Shown: positions 1 through 9,680, counted from the first letter of the stretch. The stretch is 64,000 nt of DNA from an uncultured Myxococcales bacterium (GCA_965601515.1 CBFCWN010000001.1:64069-128068); one strand, 5' to 3'. Numbers and translations: made by a program. Notes: a model not told the origin generated them from the letters alone.

Positions 1-1146
1 CAGGTCGGCCGAACCCCCGACGAGGTTTTCGACATTCGCCGCGAGGGCGTTGAGGACCGCGCCGCCCGCCTTACGTGTGGCGAGCCCTGTCGGATCGGGC
101 TCGAAGACGGGGAGATCGGCGTCCCAGCCGTCGGGCAGGTCTCCGGACAGCGCGGCATCGAGTGCTTCCGCGTCCTCGGGAAAGTCACGACGATAGTCTG
201 CAAGCTTCGCCTGCCAGGCGTCGTACTCGGCCGCGCCCTTCGCCCCGATCGCTTCGGCCGCGCCGGCGAGCTCGTCCGGTACGAAGAAGGGCTCCGTTGG
301 CCACTCCATCACCTGCTTGGTCGCGATGATCTCGTCCTCGCCAAGAGGCGACCCGTGCGCAGACGAGGTGTCCTGCTTGTTCGGAGACGGTCGGCCGATG
401 ATCGTTCGCACCCGCACGAAGGTCGGACGTGGATCGTTCATCGCCGATTCGGCCGCGGCGACCATCGCCCCGAGATCCTCACCGTCGTCTACGCTCAGGG
501 TGTGCCACCCGTACGCCGCGAAGCGGGCCAGCACGTCCTCGCTGAAGGAGATGTCCGTGCGGCCGTCGATGGTGATGTGGTTGTCGTCCCAGAAGACGGT
601 GAGCTTTCCGAGCTGTAGGTGGCCCGCGATGGACGCGGCCTCCGAGCTGACGCCCTCCATCAAGTCGCCGTCGGAGCAAATCACCCACGTTCGATGATCG
701 ATCAGCTCGTTCCCCCGCCGGTTGAAGCGTGCGGCAAGGTACCGCTCCGCCATCGCCATCCCGACGCCGTTGCCAACGCCTTGACCGAGCGGTCCCGTGG
801 TCGTCTCGACGCCCGGCGTCTCGTAGTTCTCGGGGTGGCCCGGCGTCAGACTCCCCCACTGACGAAACTGGCGAATGTCGTCGAGCGTGAGGGGATAGCC
901 CGTGAGATGGAGGAGCGAGTACTGAAGCATCGACGCGTGACCGCACGACAGGACGAACCGGTCGCGGTCGGGCCAATCGGGGTGTGCGGGGTCATGCCGC
1001 CGAATCTTGGAAAACAGCGCCCAGCCCAGGGGCGCGAGGCCCATGGGGGTGCCTGGGTGGCCTGATTTCGCCGACTGAACGGCGTCCATGCTGAGGCCTC
1101 GAATCGTCTTGATGGCAAGCTCATCGAGCCGCGCGGCGTTCCCCAT
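1..1146 (-). CDS. tkt: transketolase, N-terminal ~382 codons (3' end lies beyond the window start)
   Basis: Own minus-strand translation from ATG (cat at 1144-1146, AGGAGG just upstream): MGNAARLDELAIKTIRGLSMDAVQSAKSGHPGTPMGLAPLG...GHPENYETPGVETTTGPLGQG...CSDGDLMEGVSSEAASIAGHLQLGKL. Absent from the ORF track because it runs off the edge. Track ORFs at 75-1124 are off-frame artefacts. Confidence 0.9.
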   Translation of the reverse strand, partial: MGNAARLDELAIKTIRGLSMDAVQSAKSGHPGTPMGLAPLGWALFSKIRRHDPAHPDWPDRDRFVLSCGHASMLQYSLLHLTGYPLTLDDIRQFRQWGSLTPGHPENYETPGVETTTGPLGQGVGNGVGMAMAERYLAARFNRRGNELIDHRTWVICSDGDLMEGVSSEAASIAGHLQLGKLTVFWDDNHITIDGRTDISFSEDVLARFAAYGWHTLSVDDGEDLGAMVAAAESAMNDPRPTFVRVRTIIGRPSPNKQDTSSAHGSPLGEDEIIATKQVMEWPTEPFFVPDELAGAAEAIGAKGAAEYDAWQAKLADYRRDFPEDAEALDAALSGDLPDGWDADLPVFEPDPTGLATRKAGGAVLNALAANVENLVGGSADL

Positions 1147-1336
1147 GCTTTTTCCTCCTGCGTCGACGCGCGGCGGATCTAGCAGCCCCGAGGACGGCGC
1201 GACAGGCGCGCCCCGCGCTTTTTCAGCTGCCGCTGGACAGGACGCCCGATCGCAACTAACTACAGCCAGCGCGCTCAGCAGTTTGTTGACTGTTTGGATC
1301 GGGTTTGCCTCTCGGCGGGGCGCGCAGGAGGAAGGC

Positions 1337-2470
1337 ATGCCTCAGGTCTTTGTGCCCAAGGAAATCGCCGAAGGCGAAACTCGGGTCGCTTGCACACCGG
1401 AAACAACCAAGCGCTACGTCAAAGAGGGCTTAGACGTCGTGGTGGAGAGCGGCGCAGGTCGTCACGCTCACTTCACCGACGATCACTACCGCGAAGCGGG
1501 CGCGACGGTCGTCTCGGAGGCAGAGGCCGATGCCGCGTGGGGCACTGCCGACGTCGTCCTTCGCGTGTATCCGATCGCGCCGGAACAGGCGGCAAAGCTG
1601 AGGCCTGGCGCCCTTCTCGTCGGCTTCATGTCGCAGCACAAGAACCTCGACTCGGTGCGTACGCTTCGCGACAACAAGGTCAGCACGGTGGCCATGGAGC
1701 TCATCCCCCGCATCAGCCGCGCCCAGTCCATGGACGCGCTGAGCTCGCAGGCTTCGATCGCCGGCTACCAGGCGGTGCTGATGGCCGCCACCTACCTCGA
1801 CAAGTACTTTCCGCTTCTGATGACCGCCGCTGGAACGATCCAACCCGCGAAAATCGTCATCATGGGCGCCGGCGTCGCAGGCCTGCAGGCCATCGCAACC
1901 GCGAAACGACTCGGCGCGGTGGTGGAGGTTTCGGACATTCGGCCGGCCGTGAAAGAGCAGGTCGAATCGCTTGGCGGTCGCTTCATCGACTTCTCCATGG
2001 ACGAGAGCGGGGAAGGCGAAGGCGGCTACGCTCGTGAGCTCACCCCGGAGCAACTCGCCGCACAGCAAAAGGTGGTGCGCGAAAAGGTCGTCGCGGCCGA
2101 CGCCGTCATCACCACCGCTCTGGTTCCAGGGCGACCGGCGCCAAAACTGATTACGGCAGACATGGTCGAGGAGATGCGCGAAGGCGCCGTCATCGTCGAT
2201 CTTGCGGTCGAACAGGGCGGAAACTGCGAGCTCAGCAAGAGCGGTGAAATGGTCGTCGCCAACGGCGTGACGATCATCGGCCATCCGAACATGCCGGCCG
2301 CCACGCCGGCCGACGCGAGCCTCCTCTACGCTCGAAACATTCAAACCCTGCTGCTCAGCCTGTTGAAGGAGGGCGCTCTCGTGCTCGACCTCGAAGACGA
2401 GATCGTCGACGGCGCCCTACTCACCCACGACGGCGAGGTCCGGCACAAACCAACCGCCGAGGCCCTCTAG
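1337..2470 (+). CDS. pntAA: NAD(P) transhydrogenase subunit alpha part 1
   Basis: ATG at 1337 follows AGGAGGAAGG. Sequence MPQVFVPKEIAEGETRVACTPETTKRYVKEGL..., Rossmann motif IVIMGAGVAGLQAIATAKRLGA. The track start at 1088 adds an implausible 83-aa extension. Confidence 0.87.
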   Translation: MPQVFVPKEIAEGETRVACTPETTKRYVKEGLDVVVESGAGRHAHFTDDHYREAGATVVSEAEADAAWGTADVVLRVYPIAPEQAAKLRPGALLVGFMSQHKNLDSVRTLRDNKVSTVAMELIPRISRAQSMDALSSQASIAGYQAVLMAATYLDKYFPLLMTAAGTIQPAKIVIMGAGVAGLQAIATAKRLGAVVEVSDIRPAVKEQVESLGGRFIDFSMDESGEGEGGYARELTPEQLAAQQKVVREKVVAADAVITTALVPGRPAPKLITADMVEEMREGAVIVDLAVEQGGNCELSKSGEMVVANGVTIIGHPNMPAATPADASLLYARNIQTLLLSLLKEGALVLDLEDEIVDGALLTHDGEVRHKPTAEAL

Positions 2471-2487
2471 GAAGAAGGAGACCGAAC

Positions 2488-2781
2488 GTGACCCTCGGAC
2501 CCCTACTAATCGGAATCTACGTGTTCGTGCTCGCGAGCTTCGTCGGCTTCGAGATGATCACGAAGGTGCCGCCAACACTTCACACGCCGCTGATGAGCGG
2601 AGCGAACGCGATTAGCGGCATCACCATCGTCGGCGCCATCGCCGCAGCAACGACCGGCGCCCCCACCGTCGCGAACATTCTCGGCGCGCTCGCGATCGTC
2701 ACCGCGACGATCAACGTGATTGGCGGCTTTCTCGTCACGGACCGCATGCTCCGCATGTTCGGGAAGAAGAAGAAGAAATGA
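2488..2781 (+). CDS. pntAB: NAD(P) transhydrogenase subunit alpha part 2 (small membrane subunit)
   Basis: 97-aa hydrophobic protein (HTPLMSGANAISGITIVGAI) between pntAA and pntB. GTG start after AAGGAG; overlaps pntB by 4 nt. Confidence 0.85.
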   Translation: MTLGPLLIGIYVFVLASFVGFEMITKVPPTLHTPLMSGANAISGITIVGAIAAATTGAPTVANILGALAIVTATINVIGGFLVTDRMLRMFGKKKKK

Positions 2782-4211
2782 GCCACGAAGTCATTCGATC
2801 GACCGTGGTCCCGATCATCTACCTGGTCTCCGCGGTCCTGTTCATCTTCGGGATCAAGCGTCTTTCCAAAGTGAAGACGGCCCGGCAGGGCAACACGCTT
2901 GCCGCGGTCGGTATGCTGCTTGCCATCGTCGGTGCGCTCCTCGAGCTCGGCACGGTCGACTATCGATGGATCGCAGGCGGAATGATTCTCGGTGCGATCA
3001 TCGGCGCGATCTTCGCGATTCGCGTCGAGATGACCTCGATGCCGGAGATGGTCGCCCTCTTCAACGGGTTCGGCGGTATCGCGTCTGCTCTCGTGGCGGG
3101 TTCGATCTACTGGGCCGAGGTCGTGCAGAAGGCACCGGAAGGCACGGTCGCTTCCATCATGGGGACGGACGAGTCGATCACGGTGATGCTCTCGATCCTC
3201 ATTGGCGGCGTGACCTTCACCGGGAGCATCGTCGCCTTGATGAAGCTCAACGGCAGCTTGAAGAACGGCCAGCCGATCCTCTTGCCCGCGCGGCACTTCA
3301 TCACGTTCGGGCTTTTGTTCGCCTCGGTGGTGTTCGGCGTCCTCGGCGTGGTGGCGGCCGGCGCGGATTCGGTGCTCTGGGTGCTGCTCCTCACCGGCGG
3401 CGCGCTGATCCTCGGAATCCTGCTGACCATTCCCATCGGCGGTGCCGACATGCCGGTAGTCGTCTCTCTGCTGAACTCGTACTCCGGGCTCGCAGCGTCG
3501 ATGGCGGGCTTCGTCATCGGCAATCCGTTGCTCATCATCGCAGGTGCGATGGTCGGCGCGGCCGGCCTCATCCTCACGCAGATCATGTGCGTCGCCATGA
3601 ACCGCTCGTTGCTCAACGTCCTCGTCGGAGGCTTCGGCGTGGCCGACGGCGCGGGTGGCGGCGGCAGCGACGAGTACACCAGCGTGACGTCCTGCGGCCC
3701 CGAAGAAGCGGCCATGATCCTCGAGAACGCCGAGTCGGTCATCGTCGTTCCTGGCTACGGCCTCGCGGTTGCACAGGCTCAGCATGCGGTCCGCGAGCTG
3801 GCGGACCTTCTCAAGGCCCGCGGGACCAAGGTGACGTACGCGATTCACCCGGTCGCGGGGCGCATGCCCGGCCACATGAACGTGCTGCTCGCCGAGGCGG
3901 ACGTCCCCTACGAGGAGCTTCTCGAGATGGACGAGATCAACCCGGAGTTCAAGAACACGGACGTGGTGATCATCCTTGGCGCCAACGACGTCGTGAACCC
4001 GGTCGCCAGCAAGGATCCGGCCAGCCCGATCGCAGGAATGCCCATCCTCAACGCTCACGAGGCGCGGTCGGTGTTCGTCGTCAAGCGCAGCCTCAGCCCG
4101 GGCTACGCCGGCATCAAGAACGAGCTCTTCGAGTACGACAACACGATGATGATCTTCGGCGACGCGAAGAAGGTCCTTCAGGGCCTCATCGGCGAAGTCA
4201 AAGACCTCTGA
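2778..4211 (+). CDS. pntB: NAD(P) transhydrogenase subunit beta
   Basis: 477 aa. Polytopic N-terminal half plus C-terminal NADP(H) domain (VVPGYGLAVAQAQH...HPVAGRMPGHMNVLLAEA...ILGANDVVNP). Confidence 0.92.
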   Translation: MSHEVIRSTVVPIIYLVSAVLFIFGIKRLSKVKTARQGNTLAAVGMLLAIVGALLELGTVDYRWIAGGMILGAIIGAIFAIRVEMTSMPEMVALFNGFGGIASALVAGSIYWAEVVQKAPEGTVASIMGTDESITVMLSILIGGVTFTGSIVALMKLNGSLKNGQPILLPARHFITFGLLFASVVFGVLGVVAAGADSVLWVLLLTGGALILGILLTIPIGGADMPVVVSLLNSYSGLAASMAGFVIGNPLLIIAGAMVGAAGLILTQIMCVAMNRSLLNVLVGGFGVADGAGGGGSDEYTSVTSCGPEEAAMILENAESVIVVPGYGLAVAQAQHAVRELADLLKARGTKVTYAIHPVAGRMPGHMNVLLAEADVPYEELLEMDEINPEFKNTDVVIILGANDVVNPVASKDPASPIAGMPILNAHEARSVFVVKRSLSPGYAGIKNELFEYDNTMMIFGDAKKVLQGLIGEVKDL

Positions 4212-4263
4212 TCCGCTCCGCGCGGTAACGAGGCCTCAGCCACAGCGCCAAGCTGCCGCATGC

Positions 4264-5646
4264 CTAGGGGTCGGCGAAGTCGGCGACGCCCGCAGAGCCG
4301 CCGTAGTAGTCGGGCTCGGCGAGATCGTCGAAGCGCGTGTACTCGTTGAAGAAGCGCACGCGACAGGTGCCGGTGGGGCCAGCACGCTGTTTGCCAATGA
4401 TGATCTCGGCAATGCCTCGATCGTCGCTCTCGCGGTTGTAGACCTCGTCGCGATAGATGAACCAAATCGTGTCGGCGTCCTGCTCGATCGCGCCCGACTC
4501 GCGAAGGTCCGAGAGTTGGGGCCGTTTGTCCTTCACCCCGCGGGACTCGACGCCGCGGTTGAGCTGCGAGAGGGCCACGACAGGGATCTCGAGCTCTTTG
4601 GCGAGCGCTTTGAGGTTCCGGCTAATCTCGCTGATTTCCTGCTCGCGTGAATCATTCCGCGACCCGGACCGCATCAGCTGCAGATAATCGACGACGACCA
4701 TGCCGAGCCCGATCTCCGACTTCAGACGTCGAGCCTTCGCGCGAAGCTCGAGCATGGTGATCGCGGGCGTGTCGTCGATCCAGATCGGCATCTCGCTCAG
4801 CGTCCCGGCCGCGTCGGCAAGCTTCGGCCAGTCGTCCTTTTGGAGCTGTCCCGTACGAATGCGGTTTCCGTCGACACGGGCCTCGCTGCCGAGCAGACGC
4901 CTTACGAGCTGCCCCTTGGGCATCTCGAGTGAGAACACGGCGACGGGCTGCTTCGTCTTTTCGCACGCATTGTGCGCGACGTTCAGCGCAAACGACGTCT
5001 TTCCCATGCCGGGACGCCCCGCCACGATGATCAAGTCACCCGCGTGCATCCCGGCGGTCATCTTGTCGAGCTGCTTGTAGCCCGTGGGCAGCCCTGTGAT
5101 CGCTTCGCCCCGGTTGGCGGTCTCATGAATCTCTTGGAACGTCCGCATGACCACGTCCTTGACGTGCTCATATGGATTTCGCGCTCGCTCCTTCGCCACC
5201 GCAAAGATCGACGACTCCGACTCGTCGAGAAACTCTTCGAAGACTCCGTAGTCTCCGTAGCCCCGCGAGACAACCTCGTGACAGGACCGAATCAAGGCAC
5301 GAACCAGCGCCTTCTCTCGAATGATCCGTGCGTGTGCCTGAATGTTGGACACGCTCGGAATCGTGTTGCTCAGCGAAAGGAGGTAGTCATCGCCTCCAAC
5401 GGAGCCGAGCTTGCCACCGTCGACGAGCGCCTCCCGCAGCGTCACGTGGTCCACAGGCTGACTTCGCCGGAAGAGCTCAGTCATCGCCTCGAAGATCTTC
5501 GAGTTCGCTTCGCTGTAGAAGTCGCCGGACGACAGCTCCTCGAGAACGACGTTCATCGCATCGTTCTCGAGCAGGATCCCGCCAAGCACAGCGCGCTCGG
5601 CTTCGAGCGCGTTGGGCGGAACCTGACCGGCTTTCGAAGAGCTAAT
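4264..5646 (-). CDS. dnaB: replicative DNA helicase DnaB (5' end set at a putative ATT start; track ORF begins at internal GTG 5589)
   Basis: Walker A GRPGMGKTSF, VVVDYLQLM, SQLNR motifs. The conserved N-terminal PPNALEAERAVLGGILL extends upstream of the first canonical start. See the finding on the start codon. Confidence 0.9.
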   Translation of the reverse strand: MSSSKAGQVPPNALEAERAVLGGILLENDAMNVVLEELSSGDFYSEANSKIFEAMTELFRRSQPVDHVTLREALVDGGKLGSVGGDDYLLSLSNTIPSVSNIQAHARIIREKALVRALIRSCHEVVSRGYGDYGVFEEFLDESESSIFAVAKERARNPYEHVKDVVMRTFQEIHETANRGEAITGLPTGYKQLDKMTAGMHAGDLIIVAGRPGMGKTSFALNVAHNACEKTKQPVAVFSLEMPKGQLVRRLLGSEARVDGNRIRTGQLQKDDWPKLADAAGTLSEMPIWIDDTPAITMLELRAKARRLKSEIGLGMVVVDYLQLMRSGSRNDSREQEISEISRNLKALAKELEIPVVALSQLNRGVESRGVKDKRPQLSDLRESGAIEQDADTIWFIYRDEVYNRESDDRGIAEIIIGKQRAGPTGTCRVRFFNEYTRFDDLAEPDYYGGSAGVADFADP

Positions 5647-5709
5647 GGCGCGCCTCCCTCACAAGGGGGTGATAGCGTTTACGCGCTGCGATGGGAAGGG
5701 AAAGAGCGC

Positions 5710-6177
5710 CTACGCGCGCGTCTTCACTTCGAGCTTGATGGTCGCCGTCAAGCCGTACGGTAGCTTCACGCCAACCTCGTAGCTCCCGACCTCTTTGATG
5801 GTTTGGTCGGGCATGACGAGCTTCTTCTTGTCGATCTCGAAATCAAAGCCCTTGGCCTTGATGCCTTCGAGAACGTCGTTCGACGTGACCGAACCGAACA
5901 GCTTGCCGTCCTCGCCTGCCTCCTTGGCCACCATCACGGTGACCTTCGAGAGCTCGGACACGACGCCTTCCTGAGCGGCACGGAGTTTCGCGATCCGCTG
6001 AGCCTGCACGGCCTTTTCGTGCTCGACCTGCTTCACGTTTCCGCGGCTGGCGACGACCGCCAAGCCTCGCGGCAAAAGGTAGTTGCGGGCATACCCGCGA
6101 CGGACCTTCACCACGTCGCCGATCGAGCCAAGATGCTCGAGGTTTTCCTTCAGTACGACTTCGACGGTGGATGCCAT
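5710..6177 (-). CDS. rplI: 50S ribosomal protein L9
   Basis: MASTVEVVLKENLEHLGSIGDVVKVRRGYARNYLLPRGLAV is the canonical L9 N-terminus. Sits in the rpsF-rpsR-rplI order. Confidence 0.95.
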   Translation of the reverse strand: MASTVEVVLKENLEHLGSIGDVVKVRRGYARNYLLPRGLAVVASRGNVKQVEHEKAVQAQRIAKLRAAQEGVVSELSKVTVMVAKEAGEDGKLFGSVTSNDVLEGIKAKGFDFEIDKKKLVMPDQTIKEVGSYEVGVKLPYGLTATIKLEVKTRA

Positions 6178-6184
6178 GATCTCC

Positions 6185-6451
6185 TCACTTCGTCGCCGTA
6201 TAGGGGAGAAGCGCGATGTTTCGAGCCCGCTTGATGGCGCGGGTCAGGTCGCGCTGCTGCTTCGCCGTCAGACCACTGATCCGGCGCGGCACGATCTTGC
6301 CGCGGTCGGTGATGAAATGACGCAGCTGCTGCGGATCTTTGTAGTCGAACTTGTGGTCAGGAGGTAGCGAGAGCCCGGGGGCACGCTTGCGGCCACCGCG
6401 ACGTCGACCACCTCCGTCGACATCGAAGTCCTGTCGAATCTCTTCACTCAT
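6185..6451 (-). CDS. rpsR: 30S ribosomal protein S18
   Basis: [50 protein letters not shown]. Confidence 0.95.
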   Translation of the reverse strand: MSEEIRQDFDVDGGGRRRGGRKRAPGLSLPPDHKFDYKDPQQLRHFITDRGKIVPRRISGLTAKQQRDLTRAIKRARNIALLPYTATK

Positions 6452-6454
6452 GGC

Positions 6455-7213
6455 TTAGCCTTCCTCTTTCTTGGCGTCCTCGGCGTCTGCGTCGGCAGCG
6501 TCTGCGTCGGCAGCTGCGGGTTCCGCAGGTGCTTCGGGGGCGGCCTCAGGTGCCGGAGCGGCCTCGGCGGCGGGCGCCGCCTCAGGCGCCGGAGCGGCCT
6601 CGGCGGCAGGCGCAGCCTCAGATGCCGGAGCCGACTCGGTCGCCGCCTTAGCGGCAGTCTCGCCCTCAGGAGCCGCCTCAGCGGCAGGCGCCTCCGCCGA
6701 ACCAGCCTCGGCATCTGGCGCTGCTTCAGCGGGAGCGGCCTCCGGTGCACGAGGCTCTTCCTCACGCGGCGCACGCGGCGCCATCCCGAGGCTCCGGGCT
6801 CGCTCGAGCTCCGCGTCCTCGGTATCCTCGTCGTCTTCGACGTGAAGGTATTGAACCTCTTCGGGGTCGACCGAAACCGCCGCGGGGTCGATGTCTTCTT
6901 CGAGCAGCACGGTCTGGAAGCGAACGACGTCGTCGATCAGACGCAGGTTTCGCTCGAGCTCGCCCACGAGGTCGCCGAAGCCGACGTACTTGAGGTACAC
7001 GAACACGCCCCGATTGTTCTTCTGAATCGGGTACGCGAGCTTTCGTTTGCCCCAGTTGTCGAGCTTGGTGAGCGTGCCGTCGAGACGCGAGATCACGTCT
7101 TTCGCTCGCTCCACGACCTTCTCTTGCGTGTCGGAGTCGACGTCCGGCCGAAGGATGTAAATTGTCTCGTATTCACGCGCCCACTTTCGAGCGGGCGCCG
7201 CAGCGGTTGCCAT
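6455..7213 (-). CDS. rpsF: 30S ribosomal protein S6 with a ~130-aa Ala/Pro/Glu-rich C-terminal extension
   Basis: The N-terminal ~115 aa form the S6 fold (YETIYILRPDVDSDTQEKVVERAKDVISRLDGTLTKLDNWGKRKLAYPI). The remainder is a low-complexity acidic tail. Confidence 0.9.
   Translation of the reverse strand: MATAAAPARKWAREYETIYILRPDVDSDTQEKVVERAKDVISRLDGTLTKLDNWGKRKLAYPIQKNNRGVFVYLKYVGFGDLVGELERNLRLIDDVVRFQTVLLEEDIDPAAVSVDPEEVQYLHVEDDEDTEDAELERARSLGMAPRAPREEEPRAPEAAPAEAAPDAEAGSAEAPAAEAAPEGETAAKAATESAPASEAAPAAEAAPAPEAAPAAEAAPAPEAAPEAPAEPAAADADAADADAEDAKKEEG
6485..6640 (-). repeat. in-frame tandem repeats inside the rpsF tail (15 nt x2 at 6485-6514; 36-nt period x~2.7 at 6543-6640)
   Basis: gtctgcgtcggcagc occurs twice back to back. 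gcctcagg recurs at 6543 and 6579, with a diverged copy (gcctcaga) at 6615 (36-nt period). Encodes AAPAAEAAPAPE-type repeats and DADAA x2. Confidence 0.8.
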
Positions 7214-7297
7214 AGGTCCTCCTGGTCAATCGGCCCCAGCGCGAGGCTGGAGCGAGGAAGGGCGGTGTGTAGCTGATCTTCGAGCCGGCGCCAGCGG

Positions 7298-7867
7298 TCA
7301 CGCGCGCGTGTGATGGCGATTCATCGCCGAGCGGATCCCCTCACGCACGGTGCTATCGACCATATCGGCGGCCAGATCGAGCACGTCCGGCAGCTCAGCG
7401 CGCTCCAAATCACCGAAATCACTCAGGACCCAACTCTCCGTCCGTCCCCGCGGCGGTCGCCCGATTCCGATTCGGCACCGTAGAAAATCGGGGCCGCCGC
7501 AGTGCTGCACCATCGACCGAAGCCCATTGTGACCCGCGGTCCCGCCGCCTGCCTTCAGGCGAACGACCCCAAACTCCAAGTCGAGCTCGTCGTGCACGCA
7601 CAGGACGTGGTCGAGCGGCACCTTGAAGAACTGCATCGCCGCCTGCACCGACTCGCCGCTGAGGTTCATGTACGTCATCGGCTTGAGGAGGATCACGTCG
7701 TCCTCGCCGACGCGCACCTTGCTGTAAAGCCCCTTGAACTTCTCGCGAGACGAAGGTGCATTCCAGCGCTGCGCCAACACATCGACAGTCATGAAACCAA
7801 CGTTGTGCCGATTGCGGGCGTACTTCGGCCCTGGGTTTCCAAGACCGGCGATGAGGTGCGTGCTCAC
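7298..7867 (-). CDS. pth: peptidyl-tRNA hydrolase
   Basis: LIAGLGNPGPKYARNRHNVGFM...GHNGLRS motifs. Sits in the conserved prs-rplY-pth order. Confidence 0.95.
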   Translation of the reverse strand: MSTHLIAGLGNPGPKYARNRHNVGFMTVDVLAQRWNAPSSREKFKGLYSKVRVGEDDVILLKPMTYMNLSGESVQAAMQFFKVPLDHVLCVHDELDLEFGVVRLKAGGGTAGHNGLRSMVQHCGGPDFLRCRIGIGRPPRGRTESWVLSDFGDLERAELPDVLDLAADMVDSTVREGIRSAMNRHHTRA

Positions 7868-7881
7868 GGCGCGCGCCGCGT

Positions 7882-8523
7882 TCAGCTATCCGACTGCGAG
7901 GCCTCGCCCTCGGCCGCCTCCGCAGACTCGCCACCTGCGGCTTCTTCTTCTTCTGCGCTCGCAGCCGCACGTCGCGGTTCGAGCACGAGTACGAGCGTGA
8001 GCTTCGGAGGAAGCCTGCACTCCACGCCCTCGGGCAGCTCGACCTCCTCGACCGAAATGGTGTCTCGCAGCTGCATCGCCGTGACGTCGACATCCACCGA
8101 CACCGGAATCTTAGCCGGCGTGGTTCGAACCGGAAGCGTGCGACGCGTGACGTTCAGCACACCACCCATGACCACGCCCTGCGCTCGGCCGTGCGTGCGG
8201 AACGGAACGTCGATCTCGAGCTCGTTCTCCTCGAACACGCGGTAGAGGTCCACGTGCAGGAGCTCCTGCGAGACGGGATCGACGGTCACATCCTTGACCA
8301 TCGCGAGCTCCTCCTTGCCACCCACCGACAGCGCGAACACCACGTTTCGCCCTCTCTCGCCTCGAAGCGCTTTTTCCAACTCTTTGGGGGACAGGGTCAG
8401 CGGCGTGGGCTCGACTCCGGGGCCATAAAAGACACCGGGGACTTTTCCTTGAGCACGCAGCCGACGCGCTGGCCCCTTTCCGCGTGTTTCGCGGACCTCA
8501 GCCTGCAACGTCGTCGTTTCCAT
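7882..8523 (-). CDS. rplY: 50S ribosomal protein L25 / general stress protein Ctc, with acidic C-terminal tail
   Basis: Start METTTLQAEVRETRGKGPARRLRAQGKVPGVFYG at cat 8521-8523. The track ORF (to 8841) carries an Arg/Gly-rich false extension. Confidence 0.9.
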   Translation of the reverse strand: METTTLQAEVRETRGKGPARRLRAQGKVPGVFYGPGVEPTPLTLSPKELEKALRGERGRNVVFALSVGGKEELAMVKDVTVDPVSQELLHVDLYRVFEENELEIDVPFRTHGRAQGVVMGGVLNVTRRTLPVRTTPAKIPVSVDVDVTAMQLRDTISVEEVELPEGVECRLPPKLTLVLVLEPRRAAASAEEEEAAGGESAEAAEGEASQSDS

Positions 8524-8540
8524 CTTCGAACTACTCCAAA

Positions 8541-9482
8541 TTAGACAAACAGCGAGCTCACCGAGTCGCTGTGGTGAATGCGTTTGATGGCCTCTCCTAG
8601 CAAACCCGCTACGGAAAGCACGCGGAAGCGCCCAGTGGCCTCGGCGTCCGCCTTTAGGGGTATCGTGTCGGTCACGAGGACCTCTTCGAGGGGTGAATCC
8701 ACGATACGCTCGATGGCCGGACCCGAAAGAACCGGGTGAGTTGCGGCCGCCATGACGCGTTTGGCCCCCTTGTCGCGAAGCGCGCGCGCCGCGTTGGCCA
8801 TGGTGCCGGCGGTATCGATCATGTCGTCCAAGATCACGCACTCGCGATCCTGCACATCACCAATGATGTTCATGATCTCGCTGACGTTCTTGGCCTCACG
8901 CCGCTTGTCGATGATGGCGAGGTCTGCGCCAAGCCGTTTCGCGTAGGCACGCGTTCGCTCCACACCGCCGGCATCGGGCGAGACGAACACCGCAGGCTCG
9001 CGAAACCTCGGGCGCAGGTGCTCGAGAAAGACGGGCAGCGCGTACAAATGGTCGAAGGGCAAGTTGAAGAAGCCCTGAATCTGAGCGGCGTGCAAATCCA
9101 TCGAGACGATTCGGCTCACACCCGAGGCGGTGAGCAGATCTGCGACGAGCTTGGCGGTGATCGGCGTACGAGGTGCAGCCTTCCGATCTTGCCGTGCGTA
9201 TCCGTAATATGGGATGACCGCCGTGATCGATCCCGCCGACGCGCGTTTGAGGGCGTCGATCATCACGAGAAGCTCCATCAAAGTATCATTGACCGGGGTG
9301 CAAGTCGGCTGAATCACATAGACATCGACGCCGCGAACGTTCTCTTTGATCTCTGCGAACACTTCGCCATCCGAGAAACGCGAGACGCGCGCGCGCCCTA
9401 TCGGCAATTCCAAGTAGTTGGCGATCTTCTCGGCGAGCGCCGGGTTTGCATTGCCCGAGAATACGCAGGTCGATTTGAACAT
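8541..9482 (-). CDS. prs: ribose-phosphate pyrophosphokinase
   Basis: [18 protein letters not shown]...[10 protein letters not shown]...[11 protein letters not shown]...[11 protein letters not shown]. Confidence 0.95.
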   Translation of the reverse strand: MFKSTCVFSGNANPALAEKIANYLELPIGRARVSRFSDGEVFAEIKENVRGVDVYVIQPTCTPVNDTLMELLVMIDALKRASAGSITAVIPYYGYARQDRKAAPRTPITAKLVADLLTASGVSRIVSMDLHAAQIQGFFNLPFDHLYALPVFLEHLRPRFREPAVFVSPDAGGVERTRAYAKRLGADLAIIDKRREAKNVSEIMNIIGDVQDRECVILDDMIDTAGTMANAARALRDKGAKRVMAAATHPVLSGPAIERIVDSPLEEVLVTDTIPLKADAEATGRFRVLSVAGLLGEAIKRIHHSDSVSSLFV

Positions 9483-9680
9483 CGGTGGATCCCTTCAATC
9501 GAGGAAAGAGCTGCCACCCCGGTAAGAGGCGCTCGGAGGTAGCAAAGCGACAATGCGGTGTCAACGACTACGGCCCCTGCTCGCACCGCACGAACAAAAA
9601 CCGTGCCGCATTTTCGAAGGATACACGGTTGTGGTTCTCCACGCAGGAGTGTAAACCTCATCGCTCCCGCACTCGGAGGA

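Noticed and set aside
1088-1336. N-terminal extensions suggested by the track for pntAA, rplY, cdnL, cinA, the lolA-like gene, ndh, the esterase at 33258, the hydrolases at 52102 and 59729, and others.
   Set aside because: In each case an internal ATG preceded by a Shine-Dalgarno gives a canonical family N-terminus or signal peptide. The extension is Arg/Pro-rich and overlaps a neighbouring gene or promoter.
2580-4058. Very long track ORFs antisense to recognised genes: 2580-4058(-), 16174-17538(-), 28329-29837(+), 31618-33210(+), 38813-40363(+), 47613-49163(-), 52282-54159(+, N-terminal part) and 55922-57022(+).
   Set aside because: They are typical high-GC antisense and off-frame artefacts. 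Their composition is Arg/Gly/Asp/His-rich with no motifs, and each fully overlaps a gene with strong family signatures on the other strand.
7214-7297. Possible S6:S18 autoregulatory leader structure upstream of rpsF.
   Set aside because: Only a small hairpin (CCAGC-CTCGC-GCTGG) is visible. I cannot verify the published motif from memory, so no call is made.
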